64,000 bases of DNA, taken from the NCBI GenBank assembly GCA_951406725.2, contig OX597816.1, positions 59,272,001 through 59,336,000 on the forward strand, written 5' to 3'. The translations under genes were made by a program, and so were the position numbers. Below are positions 1 to 12,994 of this stretch, in pieces. Every line of letters starts with the position of its first letter. Positions within the stretch are counted from its first letter, which is position 1. The stretch comes from Octopus vulgaris. Taxonomy: Eukaryota. A model generated the notes under the pieces. It did not search any database. It was not told the origin of the DNA and saw only the letters and a program-made list of their open reading frames with translations.

Positions 1-379
1 AATAAAGACCCACACAAAACAATAATTTGTCTAATCTTCTGCCATAAAAATGGAGATAAAAAAATATAACATCTTTTAAGTAGTTAGGAACTATGTCTAT
101 TGATATGGTCTCAAGGCTCTTTTTAAAGATATAGCCTGAAATGAGATTATAATGAGCATCTAACAACACAACAGCTAAGGAAGAGACCAAACAATATTTT
201 AAAACTGTTAGTAAATAAACAGCTACAAACATATTTTACTTGATTATGATCCCTTTATAACTTGAAAAATTATCAATTAAGCAATGTATAATGTATATAA
301 TTCTATAATTAAAATTTCATAGCATAAGATTTACATGGAAAAGATTTCAAGATAAAGTTTCCCTATATTTTTTGTTTTT

Positions 380-732
380 AATATATACTGTTTATATTAG
401 TCAGATTGGTGTCCTCATCTTGATTGTTGATTTCACATTTCAGATGTATGCTCCAGCCTTTTTCAGGTGTCTTGTTTTGAACTTGGGTGTTATATCAGAA
501 TTTCAAACCCGACCCTTTATTTGATTCATGGGAGAACACTGTTCTCATTCCCATGGATCAAATAAAGGATTAGGTTCAAAATCTCAATATAACAACCAAG
601 TTCAACACAAGATACCTGAAAAAGACTGGCGTGTACAACAGCCAAAACAGTGATATCAAGATGAGGACACCAGTCTGACTAATATAAATAGTATGCATAA
701 TATAAATTCCTCATCTCACAAATATAGAATAG
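380..732. mobile_element. Degenerate fold-back element with Penelope-like arms and decayed hammerhead motifs
   Basis: Arms of ~150 bp are inverted (ttatattagtcagattggtgtcctcatcttga / tcaagatgaggacaccagtctgactaatataa). Tail aattcctcatctc..aaatatagaa is shared with the 39177 and 44236 elements. Confidence 0.7.
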
Positions 733-1152
733 TAATTTGTTTTTTCCCCAATCAAATTGTAAAATATTATCAACCCTTTTGTAAGTCAATGATAAATTAA
801 AAAACTACAAAATACAGAATACAAATTCAAACACTGAATAATAAATACCATGATTTTATAATCTATATGACAGAACTATTGTATTACAGTCTGAGGACAG
901 ATAATAAGTGCTGGTCCAATGTTGCAAGACAAGCAATCACAATAAAAATCTAAAAAGATTGCAATATCAGCAAATACACCAATTCTGAAACAGTGAATCC
1001 TACATATACAGATATTAGCTACATATAGCTTTTGGACATGCACACTTTTTAACTATGGAATGAAATAAGAAACCACATAAAGGATAACACATCAAGCAGC
1101 AACTTGTGCACAATATGTAAACAACAAAAACTGCAATATATATAGGACAAGA

Positions 1153-1382
1153 TTAGCAAGGGGAGTGATTCTGTTGAGAAATAGGTTCTAATAGCGGCAC
1201 AAGTGTTAACGGTCTAGAGAATAACACCATAGCGATGGATTGACAACCTGAAACGGTGGACAGGACTTGCTGAAGGAATGCTGGCCCACCAAGCTCAGAA
1301 CCAAACTTGGAGAAAACTTGCAGACCAGGCAGTTGTCTTCGACCCACTTCACGAAGTGGGTCACACATAATGAGGCAGCCCA
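1153..1382 (-). CDS. Candidate alternative or terminal exon (VGCLIMCDPLRE...QNHSPC*)
   Basis: GC-richer island after the acceptor attattttaacag|; in frame with the phase-1 exon at 4403; ends in TAA at 1153-1155. No recognisable homology. Confidence 0.3.
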
Positions 1383-4300
1383 CTGTTAAAATAATGATAT
1401 ACAAATGAGCAGCTGGGTGAAAACTGACTTTTATAGTCAACAAATTGCTTTCATTTAATCCAATAGCAAATATAGATGCTCAGGACACCGTAAAGTATGC
1501 AAAGATCCTTCATGAAACTTAGATTACCTAATTTTTAAAATTTGTTTAGCTTCAAATTTGTTAATGCTACATTGAAATACAGGTTGATTTAAAATATCTA
1601 ACTTTTGGTTAATTACTTCCTTTTTCTTACCCTCAGCCATCTTTAACCAATGGAAATATTTGGACATGCAAATAAATCATTGATAAACTGTAATTAAAAC
1701 ACCTAATATAGCACTACAAATATGAGTTATTAAGAAAGGAAAAAAACTGAAAGATTTTTCAGTTTTATATGGAATTTTCATTTAAATATTAAAAATTGTA
1801 CAAATAGTACGAAATAAAGGTCTATTTTTCTTTTCTTGATTTTATAAGATATTAAAAAAGTTTACAGCTATTTAAGTTTAAAATTTTATTATTTAACATT
1901 AGAAACTGTAAAAATCTGTTAATATTGTACATATGAATATAGTACCTTATTATACATGAGAAATAATAAAATGTATGTACTAACTATATAGCTTCTTATA
2001 AAAGGATTAGCCTGGGAAACCCTCCCCACTTACTTTCACCAAATGCATTTTAATATCAATATAATACACATCCCTACTAAAAAGATGTCTCAATTATATA
2101 CATTTCAAAATATTTATACAAATTACTTCTAAAACAAAGTCAGTCATACTATCTCTCATATATAGTTAAGTTTATAAAATTACTAAAATACAACATATTT
2201 AAATTTCAAACTGAAATTTCCTTAAAAAAACAAAATCTGTGATATTTAATAAGAAATATTAATTAACAAATATCTTATTAACTAAAACAATTATAGCATC
2301 AAAATTAGTTTCGACATGAGCAGTTGCACCTAATAATGACAGCTGATATTAATTGCATACCATCACATTAGAAAACAAATTAAAATCCAAGCATGCATTA
2401 AAATCTAAATAATTTAACAAGAAATATACTATTTAATAATTATTTTGCATGATAATTTTTTGGTAAGTAATTCAAAGATAGGAATGATGCTTGATTTATC
2501 AGAAATGCTCCATAAAATGTGTTTATTAGAATTTGTTTCCAAGTTGTATTTTTTCCCAATGGTTATTATTCAACAAATTCATTAACAATTCATCCAAATT
2601 TATTTACAAATTATAAATAAAATTTCAATCTATAGCAAAAAACATTAAATATTTAAGCAAAAGGGAGATAGTAATATCAGCTTCAACTCTAGTCTATAAC
2701 TGCAGTTATTTTATCAACCCCAGAGAAAAGAAAGGCAAAGCTGACTGACTTCAGACAAAAAGAGATGACTGTGTACTCAACTGCAATATAATCTATTTCA
2801 GCAAGCTAAAATTATCTGAAAGTGCTAACATATAGTAAAAACCATTGTTAAAGAATCAATATAAAAACAAAAAGTTGAAAAGTTTTGGGTCAAAATATTT
2901 GAAAATATTTTGAGCAAAATGGATGCTGTCACAAATAATTTTAACATTTTAAAGCTGTTTTTCAAGGTGGAATAAATTCTCTTCCTGACACCCTTCTAAT
3001 ATTTTTCTGCTCTCTACCAAAATGATTATTACCAATTCAAATCACAACTACTCTCTTCAAATTCTTGCATTCTTCAAGAAACAAAACTACAAAATTGTTA
3101 AATATTTTAGTAGAAATTTGAATATCAAGCAAAACCTACTGTGTTAGGTTTCAAATATCTATAGGTTATTAAAAGTATATGTATATTAAATGATACATGT
3201 ATAAAAAATTCAGACTAGTATATTTTAAGTCAATTAATCTTAGAAAAATAGCAAAAGATAAATTACTTCCTTAACTATTTGAAGAAGCTTTATTAAAGTG
3301 TTCAAAATTGATGATGTGCTAAAATATGCGATGTTAGTTCCCATTAACTCACACTATAAATACTGATCCATTGCAAAATCATAGACCAACAAAATATTCT
3401 TATAAAACAAATTGTTTGTATGTCAGATGTTCATGATTCACAAGGAACTTTGATTCCAACAGTAACAAGAAATGAGGGAAATTACAATTCAGTACTGTAA
3501 CTCAACAACTGTAATAGTCACCAAGATACCTTTGAAATATATATTATTATTTAGAAAGTCTTTATTACAAAGAATGACTATGATGAAATTTTCAGTTATC
3601 TCAATTGAATATACTATTATTATGTGTTAATTTAAGATGCAGCTTAAAAATTCACCAAATTCCATTAGAGCTTTCGTTTCCACTCAAAAACCTGCAGTTT
3701 TCTATCAGGTTATTAGTCATTTAAATTAACAAAGTTTAAGAAAAGCCTTTTAAAAAGAAAGATTTTAAATTTAAGACATCCTACTTTTTTCATAGTAAAC
3801 TTTAAACTAAAACGTTAAAGAGAAAAAAATTGAAAATAAACTGTACAACATCACCTTTAAAACAAGATAAACTGGTCACAATCTTTACAAAGCATTAAAC
3901 AAAAATTCCTAAATGAGTGCCTTGTTTTATTTAAAATATAGCCCAAGAATATTAATTAATATTGAAGTGTGTCATATCTTGTCATATCAAGGTGAGTTGT
4001 GTTGCACTAGGCATCTTGACATCTGAGTGTTACAACGTTTGCTTATTTCAGGAGCCCTATGCAATAGATTAGGCCAAACTTGTTTGAGATCTTAATCATT
4101 AACTCAGAGGCCAAGCTAATGGGCACACTGTATGCTATAAAAGTTTAAATTGTCATTCTAAGATGCCTTCTGAATGTCTATATTAAACTAGGGAAAGTGC
4201 TAAATATATATTCAAATTACATATTTAGCTTCCCTCGAAAGATGAAATACTGCAAGCAAGCTCTTTCTGTGAAAGTTCAACTAGAAAGAGTGAAAATATT

Positions 4301-4402
4301 CCCTTTTACTATAGAACACCAGAAAGGAAAGAAGCCCATAGTTCTGAGGCTCCAAGAAAGCTTACGTAACCATTGCTGTTAAAAATTAAACAAAACTAAT
4401 AC

Positions 4403-4504
4403 CTGAAGAAGTTCCTAAATCATCACCAATAATTTTGAGGAAGTCATTCTGAAGTTCACTGGATAGTAAATCAGCAGGTAAAAGTTCTTTTAAATCACTC
4501 TCAT
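4403..4504 (-). CDS. KMT2C: Exon ([34 protein letters not shown])
   Basis: cttcacag| and G|gtatta; phase 1-1; resembles the acidic '...LGIISDDL' segment of KMT2C. Confidence 0.72.
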
Positions 4505-7500
4505 CTGTGAAGAATAAATTATTAATTTCTAAGAAAGATATATATAAAGTTTCATCTTTTAAACTGTTTTCCTGTAAGAGTTGTATTTATCGCTGGTCAT
4601 TCGAATATATTAAATGAGTCTGAAAATCTTAATAATAAAATTTAGTTTTTATTTATTAGATACAATCATCATGTGTTTGTTCAGTCAGTTCCCAAATTTT
4701 ATGTATATAATTGTTTGTTCTTTTAACAACTTAGGAATAAAAACCTGTTTGACAAAGTTAGTTTCAAATAAATACTGTAGCAAATCTAAACTGGAAAATA
4801 AACAAGATTCTAGGATTCCTAAGCTAAAAGAAGCAAACAAGTGATCTGAAAAAAAGTGCAACATATAAGCCCGAATATACAAAAAGGTTATATCTTTTTT
4901 GATGAAACAAATGGCCTACATACATATACACATATACACATATATTTTCCCCTAAGCATAAAAATTAAATTTTCTGTGGAATTAATAATTTCTTGATATT
5001 ATTTTTGTCTTTTCTTTGAAATTTCGCAAAACTTGCAACCATGTTTTAGTTTTCTGTCTCAAGTTTTAAGGCAGTTTTCATTCCATTCAAATTATTTTAC
5101 ATTAATCATTTAAAACATCAACACATGAGAGCACGTCATTACTGTTGCATAGGCAAGAACAATCGCAATTCTCCAGTTACCCACAAGGCTGCATCATCCA
5201 CTGTTGATACTCTTAAGAACTGCTGTCAATGCTAAGAGGTTGAGCCATAAACATCTTGGAAAATAAAGGAAAAATAATAATCTATTGAAATAATACATGG
5301 CCTACAAATTATCATCTGTTAATGCAAAGGACATGTTCTAACTATAAATCAGTGTCCCACAATATAAAAAAAAAAAAAAAAAAAAAAGATTATTTTGACC
5401 AAAACAGGAGCTAATTATATTGGACCTTGACACATCAATTATATTTCTGTTCAATGATAACACAAAGTCTTTTTTATATTTCACTCCAATAATGATTTTA
5501 CTGAAAATGTGTCTCAAATTGCACCAGGTTTAAACATTTTATTTCTAAGAAAAATCGCAACCCCTCTAAACATTAAGTGCTTCTATACTACCTTCTAGAC
5601 AATTGTGACCAAACTGTGAGCTCACAACCCCACTCCCCTCTAAGTTGATAACTGCTATTATAAATAAATTTCAAGACTTCAATTCTGGTATTGTTAGATT
5701 CTCAATTAATAATCAGAACAATTTCCTTGATAAATAAATAGTAAAGAGTGTTTTTCAATGTGTCAAAGGTATATGCTCCCTCTCTAGATCAATTTATTCT
5801 ACCTTTATTCACAACTGCTAGAATCCTCACAACAAGCTTTTTCCAAATGACAAGAATTGTAGAGCAAGTTAAATGCAGAAACCAACACTATGTGCATGCA
5901 GTCTGAATCTCGAACAATTAGGGTAACATCTAGCTCCGCAAAGAAAATAAACAATCTAGGGTTTAATATGGATTTTAAGATATATTTGGGCACTTCATTG
6001 TTAATATGCATGACAGAAATAGTAGACTACTCAATTAAATGCCCTTTACTTTCTGAATTAAAAACCTGCTGCTATTGACTTTAATTTCATCCTTCTGAAA
6101 GTCAATTTTGTGACAAAGTTGGAAATTTCTGTCAGACAAGTTAGTTAGGAAATAATAAAATTCTTTCACATTTCACTAAAATCAACTTTGCCTTTTATTC
6201 CAATGGGATCAATAAAATAAAATACCTGTCAAGTACATTAGACTTGACAAACCCCATCCCTTCCTTAAAACTGTTAGTTCTGTGCCTAAATTAGAAACCA
6301 TTACTCATATTACTGATGGCTGTAGTTGTAATGTTTTCATACTGTATATAGTGAAGTATGAATTTAGAGGGTTTGTGAAAGTTGAAAAGAAATGAGGCAT
6401 GCATGCTCTGTTGGGTGTGTAATGTGAGTATGCATGAACAATAGAACTCAAATAACTTAAGATAAAAAGTGGCTATAAAAAACTCAGATGTAATGTTCAA
6501 GAGTGAAGACATTGATATAGCCTGAAATGTTTATGAAGGAAGACAACTGTACAAAGAGGTTCTAAGTAGGTAGTGTTCAAAGTAGATAGAGTTTGTAATA
6601 GAGAGGCTACGGAAAACATGGAAAAGAGTAGTGAAGACTGCTCTCAAGTGGTTGAACATCATGAAAGAAATGACAATTTACAATGAAGTACTCTGCAAAA
6701 GACAGCCTCCCAAAGCCATGCAAACATTAAAAACATTTATAGAAGCAATGACGCGATGAAGACTGGAATGTGTAACAGCTACATTTGGATATCTCCAACT
6801 CCCATAAACTGCCTCCACCTCTTTGTTACTATCTTATCACTCACTCCACCTCTCCAGTCATTGCATTTCACTAATATCATTGTACCTCTCTCCCATCATG
6901 GCATATACATTATGAGGAACATTATCTTGAATTTGTCTCTATTCCATCATTCACCAACAAAATCTATTGAGTGCACTTCATGCATTTTATTATGGAACTG
7001 ACACAAACTTGTAGACTTGTACAAAGAGGGGTTGGTAGAGTGTATCAGGTAGACAAATCTGATGCAAACCAGTACAAATAATGACCAAGAAAAAGAAAGT
7101 AAGGACTGAATATAGATATCGCTTGTTGGAGGGGGCTAAGTAGAATAATAGAAAGGAGACATGAAAGAGTTAGACAAGTCCAACATCATCCCTAATTATA
7201 AAAAAAAAAATAGTAGAGTGAACAGAAGAGAAGGTGAGTGATAGGTAGATGAATAGTAAAGAAATGACAGGCTATCACACAGGCAGCGGAGGCAGCACAC
7301 ACACACATTATATGTGTATATGTTGTGTCCTTGAGCAAGTCACTTTATTTCACATTCCTGCAGTCAACTTATCTGGCAAAAACGAGGGGTATATGTATTT
7401 CAAACAGCGAACCTTAACAAATTCTGCGTGAAACTGAATTTCCCTGAGAAATACATTAATGGTATCTATGTCTGTGGAGTGGCCGGGCACATGCACATTA

Positions 7501-10500
7501 ATTTCACCGCCAAGCAGCTCTATTGATCAGATCAAATGGAACACACGTCATTGTAATCAATGGTGCCAGTTATATANNNNNNNNNNNNNNNNNNNNNNNN
7601 NNNNNNNNNNNNNNNNNNNNNNNNNNNNNNNNNNNNNNNNNNNNNNNNNNNNNNNNNNNNNNNNNNNNNNNNNNNNTTTAGAGAGGTAAAAGTAAGTAGA
7701 AGATAGATGACTGTGTAGAAAAAAAGGAAAGTACAGCAGAATGGTAACGATTATACAGCAGATAAGTACAAGAGATGACAAGTTTTTGGGTAGGTTATGA
7801 GTTGGGGGAGAGGAACAATGTAGTGCACAAGGCATGAGAGACATTGGTGAAGGAGAGACAATTTAGTGTCTCAGTGGGGAGTGTGTGATGATAAATGTAA
7901 AGTGTGACTGGAGAGAACAGTATTAATGGATGAAGGATGGATAGCAAGCGAAATGGTTCTAAGTAACATGGAAGAGCCACAGTTAGAGATGATGGGTAGC
8001 AATAGGGGTTTGGAGGAGGAAATTGAGCAAAGGGCCCAGTTGCACATACATAACACTGCACTTAGCTGTTTTGCCAAGCTGGCTAGTCTTCTCAAGGACC
8101 CCTACATATATAATCAAACACATGTGTGTGTGTGTCATCATCATCATCGTTTAGCGTCCGTTTTCCATGCTAGCATGGGTTGGACGGTTCTACTGGGGTC
8201 TGTGAAGCCAGAAGGCTTCATCAGGCCCAGTCAAATCTGGCAGTGTTTCTACGGCTGGATGCCCTTCCTAACGCCAACCACTCCGTGAGTGTAGTGGGTG
8301 CTTTTTACGTGCCACCTTTTTACGTGTGTGTATATATATATATAATCAAAAGTAAGCAACAAGAATAACTTCGGTAATTTGGTACGATCGTTTCATGCTA
8401 CATCATTTTATCAAATATTGTAAGTATTACAACAGTTTTAAAATGTTGAGCAATCATCAGCCATTAATAGGGGTTTTCCATTAATACATAATTTTCATAT
8501 CAATTGATAACATTATAGAGAAGGTAGGTATACAGACAAAGATGTCGATTTATATGGATAACGCCATACAACATTCTGGTGCATCTAACTTAAGTACCAT
8601 ATTCATTTGAATCTAAATTTTGCTGAACTTATATATATTTATATATATATATATATATATATACACATACAAAATGATACACAGCACTAATGATGTCCAC
8701 AAGATTAAGAGTGTCATTCAACTCAGTAAGACTACAGGAGCTTTATGCTAGGTAGTGAAAGAGAAGATTAAGAATGCATGGCTGCCCAAATTACACATCA
8801 ATGGGAGGGAGTAATTGGTATGTGTCTACAAAGAGAGATAAAGATAGTAGTGATGAGTTGTTAGGGTAGATCTTGAGGGGTATGATCAGGAAGATTGGGT
8901 GATTAAATTTTGTAAGAGTGTATGGTGAGAGTGATGCATTGTTTGAGATGAGGTAAAAGTGCAAACACACTGAATGAAACACACAGACTGAGGTAGGGGG
9001 TGGGTGGTCAACGTTAAATATGAGTCAGCTGGAAGATAGTGGAGAGCAGATAAGTAAAGATAGGGTACAATTACAGGGTCAATGTAGTGACCCACAAGTA
9101 GTGGTCAGTGAGTTAGGCAAAAAGGTCAAAAGAAAGTTGGTGCTGACTTGCAGGACAGAAAGGATGAACCACAGCAGAACAGTAACAATATAGCTTACAA
9201 GAGGAGAAGAGAAAGGCAGATGGTGCATAGATAGGTAGATTGCAATTGTGTGAAGAAAATGACACAGTGTATAGAGAGTAAGAAATGTGTGGTAATTTGG
9301 GCAAATCAACAGGAAGTGGTTCAATGGAGACTAGAGAAACTGAGAGATGGTGATAGGATCAAGTCAACAGGATTCAGTGGAGACAGACAGATAATTTGGT
9401 CGCACAGAATGATAAGGTGATCAATGTAAAGTGTGAATGGAAAGGAACATTATTTAAGAACAAAATGCTACTGGGTAGAGAGAAAAGTAACTGGTATCCC
9501 TGAAATGATGATAAGTAATTCCACTTTCATTTACTAATTGCAGATACTGCACTAAAGTAAGCGATGGAGAGAACAGCAATATAGACATGAGGGGGGAGTG
9601 GAGTGAAAAGTTTGATGAAAAAATTGGAGGGGCCAAATGTAGAGTACAGAACCTCAGTTTTGCCATGATGAGCAGGTCTTGTCAAGCACTGAATATCATT
9701 AGTTGTCCCTTAGTAAGTTTCAAAGTCCCTAGATCAACCTTCACCACTGTGTCCCATATCTTCCTGGATCTCCCTCTTCCACAAGTTCAACCAACCTTTA
9801 GTAATCAGCACATTCTCTATCATAAGCATTACATGACCATACTAGCAGTCTTCTCTCTTACATACAACTGATTCCTTTAATGCCCTATTTTTCTATTAAC
9901 ACATCTGTCCAAAAACAAACATCATACAAACTGCCTTTCACACAGAGAGAAACCTTTTGCTGCCAACAAAAGAAATGGCTCTCTGAACTTTCTCCAGCAG
10001 GTTCTTATGCTAGAAACTATACTTTTGAAACAAACTCTTCCGCCTAGGTAACAGGAGCTATCTACCACATCTGGAGATAACCCTGAGCATTTGAGAAAGT
10101 CTTTTCCTCATGCATTCTTAAATTTTATTGCTCTTGCACATCTGCCACATCTAAAAATTTACTTTCTCTGATACCACTACACTTTGCGTATCCACCACTT
10201 GTATTGGGTACTCCATTTGGAATGTCTACCAACACCTTTTCTACATATTGAGCAAGGTCAGTTCCATGACAATAGCAAAGTTCTGTCTTTCCCTGCTTAC
10301 TAAAACTTTGGTTTTTGCGAAGTTAACTTTGAGGCCTTTTGATTCCATGTCTTGCTTCCACACAAAGAGTTTTTCTAATCCCACTACAGACTCAGCTATA
10401 AGAAAAAAATTTAGCATAAAGCAGTTCCCATAAGCAACCAGTCTTAAACTCGTTTGTTTTAGCCAGAAGGAAGGGGATATGACAAGACTGAGAATCAAAG

Positions 10501-12939
10501 CCTTGGTGAATGCTTACAAGTACACTAAATTTGTTGCTCTATTCATTAACTCTCATCTTATGAAGATCAAATCTGTAAATGACTTCCACAGCACTCACAA
10601 GCCATTCATCTACCCACTAGCTTCCTCAGTGACAACCTGATCAGAAAACAAGGGATCCTATTGAAGACTTTCACCAGGTCAATGAAAGCTATGTACAGTT
10701 GCCTACTTTAAAGTCAAGTATTTCTCCTGCAGTTGCCTCACTAGGAAGATGGCATCTGTAATACTTTGCCCTGGCACAAACTAAACTACATCCCACCTAG
10801 TCTACCTCTTTAATTAATCGAGCCATAATTGTTCCCACAAATACTAAGACCAAACCAGCAATTTAATACAGCAACAATTCTTCTAAGATACTTTCTTCAG
10901 ACTTATACCAATCGAGTAGTTTACATAATGAATATTTTAGAAATAGATGTTACTATCTCTAACTGATGAATGCAAAGCATGTTTTCTCATGCACAGCATG
11001 AAATCAGCTGATATTGGGGTATGTAAACTATCTCCAAATTCCATCCTGAAGCTAGGCCTATTTTTTAAAATATTCACTGCATTATTCATGTGTGTATTTA
11101 TCGTAGTATTGCTGGTTTTTGAAGCTTTCATCTTTGGAAAGGGGTATTTTTACCCTTTTTTTATTCAAATATTTCATATTATATCTGTTTAGGTAGAAGT
11201 TTTGCTAACAACCTCATTATTACTGTTTTTAACAGTAATAATGCCTTATATATATACGTGTGTGTATATCACTTTGATCACTTTGACCGACCAGTCCATC
11301 AGGCATCCATTTGACACCGCTGGTCACAGCACGCTGTTCACTCCTCTCTGGATCGCGCCTTTCTCATCCACGTAATCCCAATCGTCCTCTTGAAATCGTC
11401 ACTCCACCGTCGTGGAGGTCTTCCGGGTAGTCTTTTCTGCTTACGCAGGTACAACTCAACAACTGCGTGCGTCCACCGATTATCGGTGAGCCATGCGACG
11501 TGTCCAGCCCATCTATACTTGCTGCAAGTATACTCTGCGATGACATCTCTCACGCCGGACTTCTTTCTGATGATGTTGCTATTTATGTGCTCTCTCAACG
11601 AGATACCAAGCATTGACCTTTCCATGGCTCTTTGAGCCGTTATCAGTCTGTGCTCTTCTCTTTTGTGGTAGCCCATGATTCACTACCATATAACATTGCA
11701 GGCAGAACTGCACTGTTAATGAGGTTGGCGCGGGTGGTCCTGTCCAACCTTCCCTTGAGCACATCCCTTATGCCATTGAACGCCTTCCATCCGGCCCTTA
11801 CTCTCCGTGAGATCTCCTTTTTGATATCCCAGCACATATTTACTTCCTGTCCCAGGTAGACATATTCTCTCACCTCCTCTATTTCATCACTGCCGACCAC
11901 CATTCGACCTGTTGGTACGTTGTCTGACCGCATGAACTTTGTTTTCATGCGGTTCATCTTGAGACCTACTGCAGAACTTTTGATGTCGAGCTCCGTCAGC
12001 ATGGTCTGAAGCTGATCCATGTTTTCAGCGATGAGTACGATGTCGTCAGTGAAACAGAGGTGAGTGAGGAGCTCGCCATTGATGTTGACACCACCTTGCC
12101 ATTCGATGCCTCTGATGATCTGTTCGAGACATGCAGTGAAAAGTTTTGGGGAGATTGTATCTCTTTGCTTCACTCCCTTTTCGACCGGCACTCGTATGGG
12201 TGATGACAGTAGAGCTATGTCGGTGGTGCATCCGGAATTTGCCTCTCTGAGCAGCTGCACATATTGCGCTTCGATTCCTTGCCTCTGCAGCGAGTTCAGC
12301 ACTGCGTTGGTTTCGACACTATCGAAGGCCTTCTCATAATCTATAAACGCAACGCAAAGAGGCAGCTTGTACTCATTTGCTTGCTCAAGCAGTTGCATTA
12401 GAGCAAATATATGGTCCATTGTGCTGTAGTTCTTCCGGAAGCCTGCTTGCTCCCTCGGTTGTTGTTCGTCGAGACAACGTGACAACCTGTTCAGAATGAT
12501 CTTCGTAAACAGCTTGTACACGTGAGACAGCAGGCATATGGGTCGGTAGTTCTTTAGATCTTCTCTGTCGCCCTTCTTATACAGCAGGATGGTACTTGAC
12601 TCTTTCCACTGCGAGGGAATTCTTCCCTCGTCTAGATAGTGCGTAAATCGCTCAGCGAGGATTTTCCAGAGCTGCTCTCAAAGTCATTCTTTAGTTGCTG
12701 ACGAATCACTCTGCTGAGAAGGGAATATTCAAAGTGATCTTCAATAGTCGTCATCATATTTTTCCTCTTCTCGAGCAACTTCATAGTTTCTTCCGAGATT
12801 CTTCCCTTCTTTTCTCTTGGGCATACACCCTTAGCCTTCCTCAAACACTCCTTCAATTTCCCTATCAGTGAGTTGTAGTCATCGTCTATGTCATCTCCTT
12901 GGCACCAGTCTTCCTGCATGATGGCTTCCTATATATACA

Positions 12940-12994
<55 letters not shown>

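Noticed and set aside
10937-11192. ORFs and an apparent acceptor near 11184 as the missing KMT2C exon
   Set aside because: Stops in the frames checked and no KMT2C motif.
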